Positions 9,442 through 20,202 are shown, numbered from the stretch's first letter. The stretch: DNA of 64,000 bases from an uncultured Methylomirabilota bacterium (GCA_963705305.1 OY970067.1:256001-320000), one strand, 5' to 3'. Notes: generated by a model from the sequence alone, not told the origin. Translations and numbers: made by a program.

Positions 9442-10719
9442 ATGCGGTTCGACATGACCGAGAAGCTGGCAGTCCATGGCGGCCCCCAGGCGAAGCGGAC
9501 CCCCTTCCCCGCCGGAAAGCGGCACGGCGATGTGGAGAAGCGGTACCTCACCGAGGTCATCGACGCCGACATGCTCTTCTACTTCTTCGGCTCCAAGGTC
9601 CGCGACTTCGAGCGGCGCTTCGCCGAGATGTACGGGGTCAGGCACTGCATCGCGTGCTCCAGCGGGACGGCGGCTGTTCACATGGCCGTGGCTGCCCTGG
9701 AACTACCCGTGGGCAGCGAGGTGATCACGCCGGCCATCACCGACATGGGCTCACTCACCGGCATCCTCTACCAGGGGCTGGTGCCCGTGTTTGCCGACGT
9801 GGAGCCCGATACGCTCAATATGAGTCCGGCCTCGGTTCGCGAGCGCATCACCGAGCGCAGCCGGGCCATCCTGGTCGTGCATCACAGCGGGCTGGCCGCG
9901 GACATGGACGCCCTCCTCACGATCGGCCGCGAGACGGGACTCCCCCTTATCGAGGACTGCGCCCAGGCCTACTGCTGCACGTACCGGGGCAAGCTGGCGG
10001 GGACCATGGGCGCCATCAACGCCTTTTCCTTGAACCACTTCAAACACATCACCTGCGGGTCGGGAGGCATGGTGCTCACGGATGACGACCGGCTGCGCTA
10101 CCGAGCCTCCCTGTTCTTGGACAAGTGCTTCCAGCGCGAGGAGGGCATCCGGAACCCCTTCTTCCTGGCCCCGAACTATCAGATGACCGAGCTCCAGGGT
10201 GCCGTGGCCTTGGCCCAGCTGGAAAAGGTGCAGGGGATCGTCGACGCCAGGAACCGCCTGGGGAGCCTGCTGAATCGGCACCTGGCGGAGATCCCGGGCG
10301 TGGTTCCGCAGGCGACGCCCGAGGGCCGGAAGCATGCCTTCTTCCTCTACCTGTTCCGGCTGGACCTGAGCGTGCTGGGCTGCACGGCCGACGAGTTCTC
10401 CAAGACGCTCGCTGCCGAGGGCATCCCGAACAAGCCGCATCTGATCACCGGCGGCCGCCCCGTCTATCTGTACGACATTTTCCGGAACCGCTCCGCCTTT
10501 CCCGGAAGTACCTTCCCCTTCACGCGCCCTGACGGTACGGGCCGCACGTACCGGCGGGGAGACTGCCCGGTGGCCGAAGCCGCCTTCGACACCTGGATCA
10601 CCATGAACATCTACGAGCATTTCACCGAGGACGATATCGCAGAGATAGCCCACGGCGTCGGCAAAGTGGCCCACCATTACACCTCGCGGGTCCCGTCAGG
10701 ACGCATGCCGCGCGGCTAA
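9442..10719 (+). CDS. DegT/DnrJ/EryC1/StrS PLP-dependent aminotransferase
   Basis: CSSGTAA, IEDCAQA, and FSLNHFKHITCGSGG (PLP Lys). Confidence 0.92.
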   Translation: MRFDMTEKLAVHGGPQAKRTPFPAGKRHGDVEKRYLTEVIDADMLFYFFGSKVRDFERRFAEMYGVRHCIACSSGTAAVHMAVAALELPVGSEVITPAITDMGSLTGILYQGLVPVFADVEPDTLNMSPASVRERITERSRAILVVHHSGLAADMDALLTIGRETGLPLIEDCAQAYCCTYRGKLAGTMGAINAFSLNHFKHITCGSGGMVLTDDDRLRYRASLFLDKCFQREEGIRNPFFLAPNYQMTELQGAVALAQLEKVQGIVDARNRLGSLLNRHLAEIPGVVPQATPEGRKHAFFLYLFRLDLSVLGCTADEFSKTLAAEGIPNKPHLITGGRPVYLYDIFRNRSAFPGSTFPFTRPDGTGRTYRRGDCPVAEAAFDTWITMNIYEHFTEDDIAEIAHGVGKVAHHYTSRVPSGRMPRG

Positions 10720-10910
10720 ATCCGCCCGGCCGTTGAAGGGCACGCCGGGACGTAAGCCAAGTGAATCCTGTCGGCGTCCCGCCTCACGAGGCCACGCGCC
10801 GCGGCCCAGTCCCGGGCGTGAACAGTCGCCCGGTCGAACGGGCGCACCCAAGGGGGAGCCTCGCCCAGCAGCAGACCGATCTCCATCGCCCTGCCGATTT
10901 TTTCCTCCAT
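10716..10910 (-). CDS. Small hypothetical protein
   Basis: GGAGG RBS before an ATG, 64 aa; no recognisable motif. Confidence 0.3.
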   Translation of the reverse strand: MEEKIGRAMEIGLLLGEAPPWVRPFDRATVHARDWAAARGLVRRDADRIHLAYVPACPSTAGRI

Positions 10911-11101
10911 GATACCCCTCCGGTAGTAGGCCAGCGTGACTGCACCTTCATGCAACGATCAAAGCACGGGGTGTGCCGCCGCTGATAGCGTGTTAAACTA
11001 AGCGGCAGACTCGGTGAATCTCGATGCCCCGTGGGCCTGTGCAGGAGGCGGAGGGTATCCCCGAGAAAAACGGCTGACGAAAAAGAGCGGGCAACCCCAC
11101 C

Positions 11102-11608
11102 ATGCAGTGGACAAAAGTACTCCAGGCATCGATGTTGATACTCGTCGGAGTATTCCTCTCGGCCTGCACGGCGGAGAGGCCGATGTGGCATCCGGTAGGT
11201 GAGGCGGCGGCTCCTCCCCCGAGAGCCTATCGGCACGAACGAACCACCGAGGACCTGAAGCTGTACTGGAATTGCGAGCCGACTCCCGGGAGATTGCGGG
11301 TGGACGGCTTTGTGGAGAATGTGGGCAAAGGCGAGGTCCGCACCCTGCTGCTGCAGGTCAACGGACTGGATTCGGTCCAGCACCGGATCCTGCAGGCCGG
11401 AGCGGGCATTCCGGACATCGTGCTCTATCCGGGGGACCGCGTCCCATTCCACCTCGACGTACAGCCGACCGGGGCCGAAGAGCGGTTCGATTTCGTCTAC
11501 CAATACCGGGTCCAGGTGGTTTCCCGGGCCCTTCCGCCCGTGCCTCCCGTGCTTAAGGAGTTCACGATCGCGAATGTCTGCGCCCCCGGCGTGGACCGAC
11601 CCCGCTGA
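11102..11608 (+). CDS. Putative lipoprotein
   Basis: Signal peptide with lipobox LSAC; beta-rich body. Confidence 0.7.
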   Translation: MQWTKVLQASMLILVGVFLSACTAERPMWHPVGEAAAPPPRAYRHERTTEDLKLYWNCEPTPGRLRVDGFVENVGKGEVRTLLLQVNGLDSVQHRILQAGAGIPDIVLYPGDRVPFHLDVQPTGAEERFDFVYQYRVQVVSRALPPVPPVLKEFTIANVCAPGVDRPR

Positions 11609-11726
11609 GGAGCGACGCTGTCTTCCGGAGCCATCGCCGCATGTCGACGGCGGCCGGTGACGATCCTTCTCTCAGGCGGCGGGAGGCTGCGCCGATTTCC
11701 CCGCAGCGAACCCTGGAGGCATCTCG

Positions 11727-13862
11727 ATGAAGCCTCGCGACCTGCGTGACCCGGCCTCGCTCAGCCGGATGTCCTTCTCGGGAACCGGCCCCGACGCACC
11801 GGATGCCTCGGGGGCGAGGGCGCCCGATCGGCCGGTGTCCGCCGCCCGTCTACCCGACCTGATTCCCCGGGCCATTCTTTTTGGCAACCCCGACCGGGCA
11901 GCCGTTCGCATCAGCCCGGACGGCCTGCACCTTTCTTACCTGGCCCCCGTCAACGGAGTCCTGAACGTCTGGGTGGCGCCGGCGGGTCGGGTCGAGGCGG
12001 CGAAGCCGATCACCCGGGACACCGGACGCGGCATCCGCATCTACTTCTGGGCGTACACCAACCGCCACATCCTGTACCTCCAGGACCAGGGGGGCGACGA
12101 AAACTGGAAGGTGTACGCCGTGGACATCTCGACGGCACAATCCAGAGACCTCACCCCCTTCGAGACCATCCCCGGCCCCGATGGCAAGCCGATCACGCTT
12201 CCCGGCGGACAGCCCATGCGGCCCGCGGCCCGCATCGAGAACGTCAGCCACCGGTTTCCGGACACCATCCTGGTCGGCCTGAATAACCGCGACACCCGTT
12301 ACCATGACGTCTACCGGGTGAACATCATCACCGGCGAGATGGCCCTGGTGCAGGCAAACCCCGACTTTGCAGGATTCGTCACCGACAACGACTACCGCGT
12401 CCGGTTCGCCAGCCGGATGACCGCCGACGGCGGCACGGAACTCCTGCAACCCGCCTCCGGGGATCAGGCCGGGATCCAGAGCTGGGAGCCGTTCCTTCGT
12501 GTCGGCCTGGAAGACTCCCTGACGACTCACCCGGTGGGATTCGACAAGTCGGGGCAGGCCCTGTACCTGGTGGATTCCCGCGGACGGGACACGGCGGTCC
12601 TGAGCAGGCTCGACCTCGGCACGGGGGCCCTCCGCGTTCTGGCCGCAGACCCCCGCTCGGATGTCGCCGGCCTGCTGGTGCACCCGACCGAGGAGACGGT
12701 CCAGGCCGTCGCTTTCAACTACACGCGGCCCGAGTGGACGGTCCTGGACGCGGCCATCCGTCCCGACCTGGAGTACCTCGGGACGCTGGCGGACGGGGAG
12801 GTCACCGTCACCAGCCGCACGCTGGATGACACGAAGTGGACGGTCGCCTTCCTCCCGGACGACGGGCCGGTGCATTTCTACCTGTACGACCGACAGGCCC
12901 GCCAAGCGATCTTCCTGTTCACCAATCGCCGGGACCTGGAGGGCCTGCCCCTGGCCAAGATGCAGCCGGTCGTGATCAGGAGCCGTGACGGATTGGATCT
13001 CGTGTCATACCTCACGCTGCCGGCGGACGCGGCCCGGGGCGCCGGCGGGCGCCCCGCCGCTCCCCTGCCGCTGGTTCTGAATGTGCATGGAGGGCCCTGG
13101 GCCCGCGACACGTGGGGATTCGACCCCCAGCACCAGTGGCTCGCCAACCGCGGCTACGCGGTCCTCAGCGTCAACTACCGGGGATCCACGGGGTTGGGCA
13201 AGGGAACCGTCAACGCCGCCACTCGCGAGTGGGCCGGCAAGATGCACGACGACCTGATCGACGCCGTCCGCTGGGCGATAGGCGAGGGGATCGCGGATCC
13301 CGCCCGGATCGCGATCGTGGGCGGCTCTTACGGCGGGTACGCCGCCCTGGTGGGCCTCACGTTCACGCCGGACGTCTTCGCCTGCGGGGTAAGCATCGTC
13401 GGGCCGTCCAACCTGGTCACGCTGCTCAACACCATCCCCCCCTACTGGGAGCCGGGGATCGCCATGTTCACGACCCGGGTGGGCGACCATCGCACCGAGG
13501 AGGGTCGGGCCTTCCTCACCAGTCGCTCGCCGCTGACGTTCGTCGACCGGATCCGACGGCCGCTGTTGATCGGCCAGGGGGCCAACGATCCTCGAGTCAA
13601 ACAGAGCGAGTCGGACCAGATCGTGGCCGAGATGCAGCGGAGGCGGATCCCGGTCACGTACGTCCTTTACCCCGATGAGGGCCACGGCTTCGTCCGGCCG
13701 GAGAACCGGATGTCGTTCAGCGCGGTGGTCGAGGCTTTTCTCAGCCGGCACCTGGGCGGGCGCTTCGAGCCCGTCGGGAGGGACTTCGAGGGGTCCACGA
13801 TCACCGTCCCGACGGGCGCCGGGAATGTCCCCGGTTTGGAGGCTGCCCTCGCGAATCGGTGA
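11727..13862 (+). CDS. S9 family peptidase (dipeptidyl aminopeptidase/acylaminoacyl peptidase)
   Basis: HGGPW, GGSYGG nucleophile, GANDPRV, DEGHG triad; N-terminal propeller. Confidence 0.95.
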   Translation: MKPRDLRDPASLSRMSFSGTGPDAPDASGARAPDRPVSAARLPDLIPRAILFGNPDRAAVRISPDGLHLSYLAPVNGVLNVWVAPAGRVEAAKPITRDTGRGIRIYFWAYTNRHILYLQDQGGDENWKVYAVDISTAQSRDLTPFETIPGPDGKPITLPGGQPMRPAARIENVSHRFPDTILVGLNNRDTRYHDVYRVNIITGEMALVQANPDFAGFVTDNDYRVRFASRMTADGGTELLQPASGDQAGIQSWEPFLRVGLEDSLTTHPVGFDKSGQALYLVDSRGRDTAVLSRLDLGTGALRVLAADPRSDVAGLLVHPTEETVQAVAFNYTRPEWTVLDAAIRPDLEYLGTLADGEVTVTSRTLDDTKWTVAFLPDDGPVHFYLYDRQARQAIFLFTNRRDLEGLPLAKMQPVVIRSRDGLDLVSYLTLPADAARGAGGRPAAPLPLVLNVHGGPWARDTWGFDPQHQWLANRGYAVLSVNYRGSTGLGKGTVNAATREWAGKMHDDLIDAVRWAIGEGIADPARIAIVGGSYGGYAALVGLTFTPDVFACGVSIVGPSNLVTLLNTIPPYWEPGIAMFTTRVGDHRTEEGRAFLTSRSPLTFVDRIRRPLLIGQGANDPRVKQSESDQIVAEMQRRRIPVTYVLYPDEGHGFVRPENRMSFSAVVEAFLSRHLGGRFEPVGRDFEGSTITVPTGAGNVPGLEAALANR

Positions 13863-14084
13863 GCGCGAGCCCGCCCCCGCCTCTCCTGCCGCTTCCGACC
13901 GGCCAGCACTTCTGGATTGACAATCGCCCGCGTCGAGAAAAGAATCGCCGCGAGACAACACGGGAACGACCCTGCTCGCGGACGGGGGGCATCGCGACGG
14001 CCATCACGCCGCGGCCCACAGAGGAGCCGCTCCCCGCCCCCGGATCCGGCAGGCGGCACACACCTACCCAGGAGGAGACGACTC

Positions 14085-14567
14085 ATGGTACGCGACGAAG
14101 CACGCTGGGCAAGCGGACACTTCGGGCGAATGCTGCCGGTGCGCCTCCGGACCGGCACGGATCTCACCAATGGACTCAAGAAGGTCTGCGATGAGGCCGG
14201 CCTCCGGTACGGGGCGGTGCTCATCGGCATCGGCAGCCTTCGGCGGCTCAGCTACCAGGTCCTGACCCCCAAGCCGGACACGAAGCTCGGCGCCGGCTAT
14301 ACGGACCCGACCCTGGTCCCCGGGCCGGTGGAAATCCTCAGTCTCCAGGGGGTGATCTTCCAGTCGGAGGAGGGCGAGACGCTGCTCCACCTCCACGGAA
14401 CCTTCTCAGACAAGACCGGGAAGGTGTACGCCGGACACGTGGTGGCGGGCGAGAATCCCGTCCTGGCCACGTTGGATGGGGTGATCGCGGAGGCGGCCGG
14501 CGTCCGGATGGTTCGCAGGATGGACGAGGAGGTGGGGCTGGGCCTGTGCACCCCGGAGGCCGCCTAG
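14085..14567 (+). CDS. PPC/DUF296 domain protein
   Basis: RLRTGTDL, GIGSL, EILSLQG, HLHGT, YAGHV motifs; GGAGGAG RBS. Confidence 0.85.
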   Translation: MVRDEARWASGHFGRMLPVRLRTGTDLTNGLKKVCDEAGLRYGAVLIGIGSLRRLSYQVLTPKPDTKLGAGYTDPTLVPGPVEILSLQGVIFQSEEGETLLHLHGTFSDKTGKVYAGHVVAGENPVLATLDGVIAEAAGVRMVRRMDEEVGLGLCTPEAA

Positions 14568-14623
14568 CAGCTGGGCCCTTTTGAGCAGCCTGCCGCAACG
14601 TGAGTTTTTCAGGAGCCTGCTAG
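14564..14623. mobile_element. Short CTAG-bounded copy of family A element
   Basis: Reverse complement CTAGCAGGCTCCTGAAAAA...CAGGCTGCTCAAAAGGGCCCAGCTGCTAG matches 1135-1192. Confidence 0.65.
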
Positions 14624-14686
14624 GGCTTGACGGGCGGGCGTCGCGGGCCCTGTGACCCGGTGCCGGGGAATGGCGGGGAGGAAGAC

Positions 14687-15655
14687 ATGCCGGCCCACAG
14701 AGCACTGTGTCTCGCTATGTACGAGCAGATGCTGACCATCCGCAGGTTCGAGGAGAAGGCCATCGAGCTGTTCGAGCACGGGCTCATCCGCGGAAACGTT
14801 CATCCCTGCATCGGCCAGGAGGCCGTCTCCGTGGGAGTCTGCGCCGCCCTGCGCCCACGGGACTACATGACGAGCACCCACCGCGGCCATGGCAATTGCC
14901 TCGCCAAGGGGGCCGATGTGAAGCGGATGATGGCCGAGCTTTTGGGAAAGGCCACCGGGTACTGCAAGGGGAAGGGCGGCTCGATGCACATCGCCGACTT
15001 CGAGGGCGGCAATCTGGGCGCCAACGGGATCGTGGGGGGCGGCTTTCCCATCGCCGTGGGGGCGGCCATCAGCATCCAGAACTGCGGCACCGACCAGGTC
15101 GCCATTTGCTTCTTCGGGGACGGGGCCGCCAGCCAGGGCACGTTCCACGAGAGCCTGAACCTGGCCGCCCTCTGGAAGCTCCCCGTGATCTTCGTCTGCG
15201 AGAACAATCAGTACGCCCTCTCCACGCCGGTTCGCGAGTCCATCGCCCACCCGCAGCTTGCCGACCGGGGCAAGGCCTACGGCATCCCCGGCCACGCCGT
15301 GGACGGCAACGACGTCCTAAAGGTCCATGCCCGGACCAGGGAGGCGGTCGCCCGCGCCCAGGCCGGCGGGGGGCCGACCCTTCTGGACTGCCTCACCTAC
15401 CGCTTTTACGGCCATTTCACCGGCGATCCGGGCCGCGGTGCCGCGTACCGGACCAGGGACGAGATCGAGGAGTGGCAGGCTCGTTGCCCCCTGCGCCGGT
15501 TCGGCGACTGGCTGCGGAGCCAGGGATGGATGGCCCCCCAGGTGGAGCGGGCTATCGAGGCCAGGGTGAGCGCCGCCATCGAGGCGGCGGTCCAATTCGC
15601 GCAGGACAGCCCGTGGCCGTCCCCGGACGAGGCTCTGCAGGATCTCTTCTGTTGA
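14687..15655 (+). CDS. TPP-dependent dehydrogenase E1 alpha subunit (acetoin/pyruvate dehydrogenase-like)
   Basis: GQEA, HRGHG, GGSMH, GDGA...ENN TPP motif, YRFYGH. Confidence 0.92.
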   Translation: MPAHRALCLAMYEQMLTIRRFEEKAIELFEHGLIRGNVHPCIGQEAVSVGVCAALRPRDYMTSTHRGHGNCLAKGADVKRMMAELLGKATGYCKGKGGSMHIADFEGGNLGANGIVGGGFPIAVGAAISIQNCGTDQVAICFFGDGAASQGTFHESLNLAALWKLPVIFVCENNQYALSTPVRESIAHPQLADRGKAYGIPGHAVDGNDVLKVHARTREAVARAQAGGGPTLLDCLTYRFYGHFTGDPGRGAAYRTRDEIEEWQARCPLRRFGDWLRSQGWMAPQVERAIEARVSAAIEAAVQFAQDSPWPSPDEALQDLFC

Positions 15656-15677
15656 GGCGGTGGGAGGGAACAGCGCC

Positions 15678-16661
15678 ATGCCGGATGTCACGTTTGTCGA
15701 AGCGCTCCGGATGACCCTGCGAGAGGAGATGGTGCGCGATCCCTCTCTCATGCTCATCGGGGAGGACATCGGCCGCTTCGGCGGGATCTTCGGGGTGACC
15801 AAGGGGCTTCTGGAGCAGTTTGGCCCGAAGCGGGTGCGCAGCACCCCCATCTCCGAATCCGCCATCATCGGCTCGGCCCTGGGGGCGGCCATGACCGGCA
15901 CCCGCACGGTAGCCGAGCTGATGTACGTGGACTTCGCCGGCTGCGCCATGGACCAGATCCTGAACCAGGTCGCCAAGATGCGCTACATGTCGGGGGGGAA
16001 GCTCCGAATCCCCCTGGTCATCCGCACGCACGAGGGCGGCGGGAGGGGCAACGCCGCACAGCACTCGCAGAGCCTGGAGTCCCTCTTTCTCCACATCCCG
16101 GGCCTGAAGATCGTCCTTCCGTCCACGCCCCGCGACGCGCGGGGCCTGCTGAAGAGCGCTATCCGCGACGACAATCCGGTCATCTTCATCGAGCACAAGC
16201 TCCTCTATGCGACGAAGGGCCCGATCCCGGACGGCGAATACCTCATCCCGCTGGGCCAGGCCGAGGTCAAGCGGCCGGGGAAGGATGCCACTCTCTTGAC
16301 CATCTCTCACATGGTCCTGAAGGCGTTGAAGGCTGCAGACCGGCTGGCGGACGAGGGGATCGACGTCGAAGTCATCGACCTCCGGACGCTCGTCCCCTTG
16401 GATCTGGAGGCCGTCCTCCGGTCGGTCCGGAAGACCAACCGTGTGGTCGTCGCCCACGAGGCCTGCCGCCGGGGAGGCTTCGGCGCCGAGCTGGCGGCGC
16501 AGATCGAGGAGGAGGCCTTCGACTTCCTGGACGCGCCCGTGGAGCGGGTCGGGGCGCCGGATGTCCCCATCCCCTACAGCAAACCCCTGGAGGATGCCGT
16601 GATTCCCAACGAGGACGGCATCGTCGCCGCCGTGAGAAAGGTGTTCGGCCGAACGTCGTGA
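15678..16661 (+). CDS. TPP-dependent dehydrogenase E1 beta subunit
   Basis: GEDIG, TPISESAIIG, AQHSQ, IDLRTLVPLD. Confidence 0.92.
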   Translation: MPDVTFVEALRMTLREEMVRDPSLMLIGEDIGRFGGIFGVTKGLLEQFGPKRVRSTPISESAIIGSALGAAMTGTRTVAELMYVDFAGCAMDQILNQVAKMRYMSGGKLRIPLVIRTHEGGGRGNAAQHSQSLESLFLHIPGLKIVLPSTPRDARGLLKSAIRDDNPVIFIEHKLLYATKGPIPDGEYLIPLGQAEVKRPGKDATLLTISHMVLKALKAADRLADEGIDVEVIDLRTLVPLDLEAVLRSVRKTNRVVVAHEACRRGGFGAELAAQIEEEAFDFLDAPVERVGAPDVPIPYSKPLEDAVIPNEDGIVAAVRKVFGRTS

Positions 16662-16856
16662 CGGGCCGGCCTGGAGTGGCCCCGCCCGCGGGCAGGCGAC
16701 GCGCCGCCGCGAGCCCGAATGGTGCAGTGCAGCCGCAGGGCATGTAAAGACCGCTGCCTCCCTCCCGGGCGCTTGACACCCGGACCCAGGCACCCCAGGA
16801 TAGAATCTGCCGGGTCCGCCGGCCGATCACCTCCGGCGCATTATCCGGACCATTCC

Positions 16857-17810
16857 ATGAACCGAACCGAACGGGCATTCGAAGGAGACCCGGGCACCCA
16901 GACGCGACACCCCCGCGATGCGCGAAGGCGGAGGCTCCCCTGGCCCGTCGCTCTCTCGGAGCTGGCCGGAACGGCGCTCCTCGTGGCCGTGGGTCTGTCG
17001 GTGGTCATCCTCGACTTCGCTCCCGGCAGCCCCGTGGCGACCCTACTGCCCGGCCCGGGCGCCCGCCGCCTCCTGACGGGGTTCCTCTTCGGAACGATCG
17101 GGGTGCTCGTCGCCGTCTCGCCTGTCGGTCGGATCAGCGGCGCGCACATCAACCCCGCCGTGACACTGGCGTTCTGGCTGCGAGGAAGGATGCGGGGGAG
17201 CCACGCCGTCGGCTACGTCCTGGCCCAGCTCGCCGGCGCCGTCCTCGGATCCCTCCCTCTGCTCCTGTGGGGCCGGATGGGCAAGGCCGTGCAATTCGGA
17301 GCGACAGTGCCCGGCGCCGCTTATGGACCGTCCGTCGCCATGGCGGGCGAGACCGTCGCCACCGCAGCCCTCATCGTGGGGCTGTTCTTCTTCCTGAGCC
17401 GGCGCGAAATCCGCCACTTCACCCCGCTCCTCTTCCCATTTCTGTACGCCGTCATGGTGTATCTCGAGGCCCCCATCTCCGGCACCAGCACCAATCCGGC
17501 GCGAAGCCTGGGACCGGCACTGATCTCGGGAGACTGGCAGGGGTGGTGGGTGTACTGGCTGGGACCCGCCCTGGGAACCATGCTGGCGGTCGGGACCCAC
17601 GGCATGGGATGGCTCGGCCGATTCGAGGTCGAAGTCGCCAAGCTTTTCCACTTCGAGCACGATCCCTACGGCGTGTTCCACCCCCGCCGCGACCAGGCGG
17701 CGCCCCCGGAAGGCCCGCCGATGGATCCCGGAGGGGCGCCGCAGGCATGCCGGGAAGGCGCCCCGACCGGGAAAAAGGAACCCCGCCCCCCGGAGGGGGC
17801 GGGGCGATAG
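16857..17810 (+). CDS. MIP/aquaporin family channel
   Basis: SGAHINPAVT and STNPARS NPA boxes; hydrophobic helices. Confidence 0.9.
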   Translation: MNRTERAFEGDPGTQTRHPRDARRRRLPWPVALSELAGTALLVAVGLSVVILDFAPGSPVATLLPGPGARRLLTGFLFGTIGVLVAVSPVGRISGAHINPAVTLAFWLRGRMRGSHAVGYVLAQLAGAVLGSLPLLLWGRMGKAVQFGATVPGAAYGPSVAMAGETVATAALIVGLFFFLSRREIRHFTPLLFPFLYAVMVYLEAPISGTSTNPARSLGPALISGDWQGWWVYWLGPALGTMLAVGTHGMGWLGRFEVEVAKLFHFEHDPYGVFHPRRDQAAPPEGPPMDPGGAPQACREGAPTGKKEPRPPEGAGR

Positions 17811-17832
17811 AGGGCGTCGTGACCGTCCGCCG

Positions 17833-18993
17833 TCAGAGCGCCTGCTCGAAGATCGCCCGGGCGTCTTCTGACCGCACCCGCCGCGGATTGTTGGCCAAGA
17901 GCCGCGTCACTTTCATGGCCCCCTCCACCAGGGCATCCAGGTGCCCGGCGCCGATCCCCACCTCGCGCATCTTCTGCGGGATTCCCACGTCCTCCGACAG
18001 CAGCCGGCAGGCCTCCGCGCTCTTGGCCGCGGCCGCGCGCGGCGACAGGCCGGCGACCGGCTCGCCCAGGGCCTCGGCCACCCGGCCGAACTTGGGCAGA
18101 TGGCTCAACGCATTGAACGCCATGCCGTAGGGCAGGAGCAGCGAGTTGGCCACCCCGTGGGTGATGTGGTGCTGTCCCTGGAGGGGATAGGCCAGGGCAT
18201 GGACGATGTTGGTTCCAGCATTGCCGATGGCGATCCCGGCATACAGGCTGGCCTTGGCCATTCCTTCTCTCGCCTCCAGGTCGCTCCCGTTGGCGACGGC
18301 CGTGCGAAGGTGGGTGCCGATCAGCCGGATCGCCTCCAGGGCATACAGATCCGTGAGGGGAGAGGCATTTATGGAGGTGTAGGCCTCCACGGCGTGGCTC
18401 AGGGCGTCCATGCCGGTGGCCGCCGTCACCTTCGGCGCCACCGTCAGCGTCAGGGTCGGGTCCACGATGGCCACATCGGGGATGATGTGCGGACTCACGA
18501 TGGCCTTCTTCTCTTTGAGCGCCGGGACGAGAAAGAGGGCGTTGGGCGTGATCTCGGCCCCCGTCCCGGATGTGGTCGCCATGAGAATCGAGGGGACTCC
18601 GCGCTGCTTCACCAGGCCGATCCCCAGGTAGTCCTCCAGCGATCCATCGTTCCTGAGCAGCACGGCCACCGCCTTGGCCGTATCCAGGGTCGTGCCGCCT
18701 CCCAGCCCCACCACCAGATCGCAGCGGCAGTCGCGCGCCATGACGAGACAGGGCGGAACGCAGGCCACCGAGGGCTCGAACTCCATCTCTGTGTACACGG
18801 CCGTCTGGATTCCCTTGCCTGCCAGCGAGGCCAGGATCCGGTCGGTGGTGCCCAGCTTCTGGAGATTGGGATCGCTCACCACGAAGGCGCGGGTGGCCCC
18901 CAGTCTCTGGGCCTCCGCCCCCACCGCCTCCGCCGCGCCGGAGCCGAGGATGATCTGCCCGGGAACCCTGAACGCCGCCACTTTGCCTGACAT
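17833..18993 (-). CDS. Iron-containing alcohol dehydrogenase
   Basis: GGGTTLD, TTSGTGAE, DALSHAVE, HALA, HG motifs. Confidence 0.92.
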   Translation of the reverse strand: MSGKVAAFRVPGQIILGSGAAEAVGAEAQRLGATRAFVVSDPNLQKLGTTDRILASLAGKGIQTAVYTEMEFEPSVACVPPCLVMARDCRCDLVVGLGGGTTLDTAKAVAVLLRNDGSLEDYLGIGLVKQRGVPSILMATTSGTGAEITPNALFLVPALKEKKAIVSPHIIPDVAIVDPTLTLTVAPKVTAATGMDALSHAVEAYTSINASPLTDLYALEAIRLIGTHLRTAVANGSDLEAREGMAKASLYAGIAIGNAGTNIVHALAYPLQGQHHITHGVANSLLLPYGMAFNALSHLPKFGRVAEALGEPVAGLSPRAAAAKSAEACRLLSEDVGIPQKMREVGIGAGHLDALVEGAMKVTRLLANNPRRVRSEDARAIFEQAL

Positions 18994-19218
18994 GAAGCTC
19001 CTCCTTTTCATTCCGAGCGATCGAACTGTCCGAGAGCGCTGAATCGCGATGTCCTATCCCTCTGGTGCCGCCGACTGCTCGCCGTCTATCGTCCGGCGCC
19101 TGTCAAGCCGGCAGCTCGGTGAGACCTCATGGTCGCGCAGCCTCCGCCGGCTGTCAAGGGAGACGGGACCGTGGGCGCGACCTGGGTGGTCTGGTGTCTG
19201 CCGAGAGGCCGCCGCGCT

Positions 19219-19986
19219 TCACAGCGCGGCCAGCATCCCGCCGTCCACGTACACGACCTGGCCGGTCACGAAATCCGAGGCGGGCGAGGCCAGGAACACG
19301 GCCGCCCCCGCCAGCTCCGACGGGTGCCCCCACCTGGCCATGGGCGTCCGCGAGCAGATCCAGGCATTGAACTCCGGCTCTTTGGAGAGCTTCTCGCCCA
19401 TGCCGTGCAGGAAGTATCCGGGGCCGATCCCGTTCACCTGAATGTTGTGCTTCCCCCACTCCACGGCCATGGCCTTGGTGAGCATCTTCACGGCCCCCTT
19501 GGAGGCCGTGTAGGGGGCTATGGTCGGGCGGCCGACCTCGCTCATCACCGAGCAGAGATTAATGATCTTCCCCGCTCGGCGCGCGATCATGCCGCCCACC
19601 ACCTGGCGGGTCACCAGGAAGATCCCCGTCACGTTCACGTCCAGCACCTGGCGCCACATCGACTCCTCGAACACCTCCAGCGGACCGCGGCGCGTGATCC
19701 CCGCATTGTTCACCAGGATGTGGATGGGCCCCACCTCCCGCTCCAGCGCCGGGATCTGCCGCCGGACCTGTTCTGCGCTGGTGACGTTGAAGGCGGCGGC
19801 GCATACGGTCAGGCCCTCCCCGGACAATGCGGCCTTGGCCTTTTCCAGGACGCCCGCGTCGATGTCGTTCAGGATGAGGCTCGCGCCCGCTCGGCCCAGT
19901 CCCCGGGCGATGGCAAAGCCCAGCCCTTGTCCGGATCCCGTGACCAGGGCGATCTTGCCGGTCAGATCAAAGAGTGCGTTCGCCAT
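19219..19986 (-). CDS. SDR oxidoreductase, gluconate 5-dehydrogenase-like
   Basis: LFDLTGKIALVTGS, TIAPYTASKGAVKMLTK, GIGPGYF, RTPMARWG (IdnO-like). Confidence 0.85.
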   Translation of the reverse strand: MANALFDLTGKIALVTGSGQGLGFAIARGLGRAGASLILNDIDAGVLEKAKAALSGEGLTVCAAAFNVTSAEQVRRQIPALEREVGPIHILVNNAGITRRGPLEVFEESMWRQVLDVNVTGIFLVTRQVVGGMIARRAGKIINLCSVMSEVGRPTIAPYTASKGAVKMLTKAMAVEWGKHNIQVNGIGPGYFLHGMGEKLSKEPEFNAWICSRTPMARWGHPSELAGAAVFLASPASDFVTGQVVYVDGGMLAAL

Positions 19987-20168
19987 TCGGTATTCCTCCC
20001 GCGGGCAAGAGGCCAGGAGATGTCCCGGCCGATGACTGAGGACGGCCGCCCGGCGTGCCGGCGCGGGCCAATGCTGGCCCCGAGCCTTCCTCCTGTCAAG
20101 CATCGCAGTCGACAGCATCGCAGTCGAAACAATCTGCCGAATGAACAAGGCCGGGACAGGCCAGCACC

Positions 20169-20202
20169 GCGTCGCACCCATCCTCCGGATGGGTACCCGG
20201 CG
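20169..20202. repeat. Internal hairpin fragment of family A element
   Basis: GCGTCGCACCCATCCTCCGGATGGGTACCCGGCG is near-identical to 1198-1230. Confidence 0.6.
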
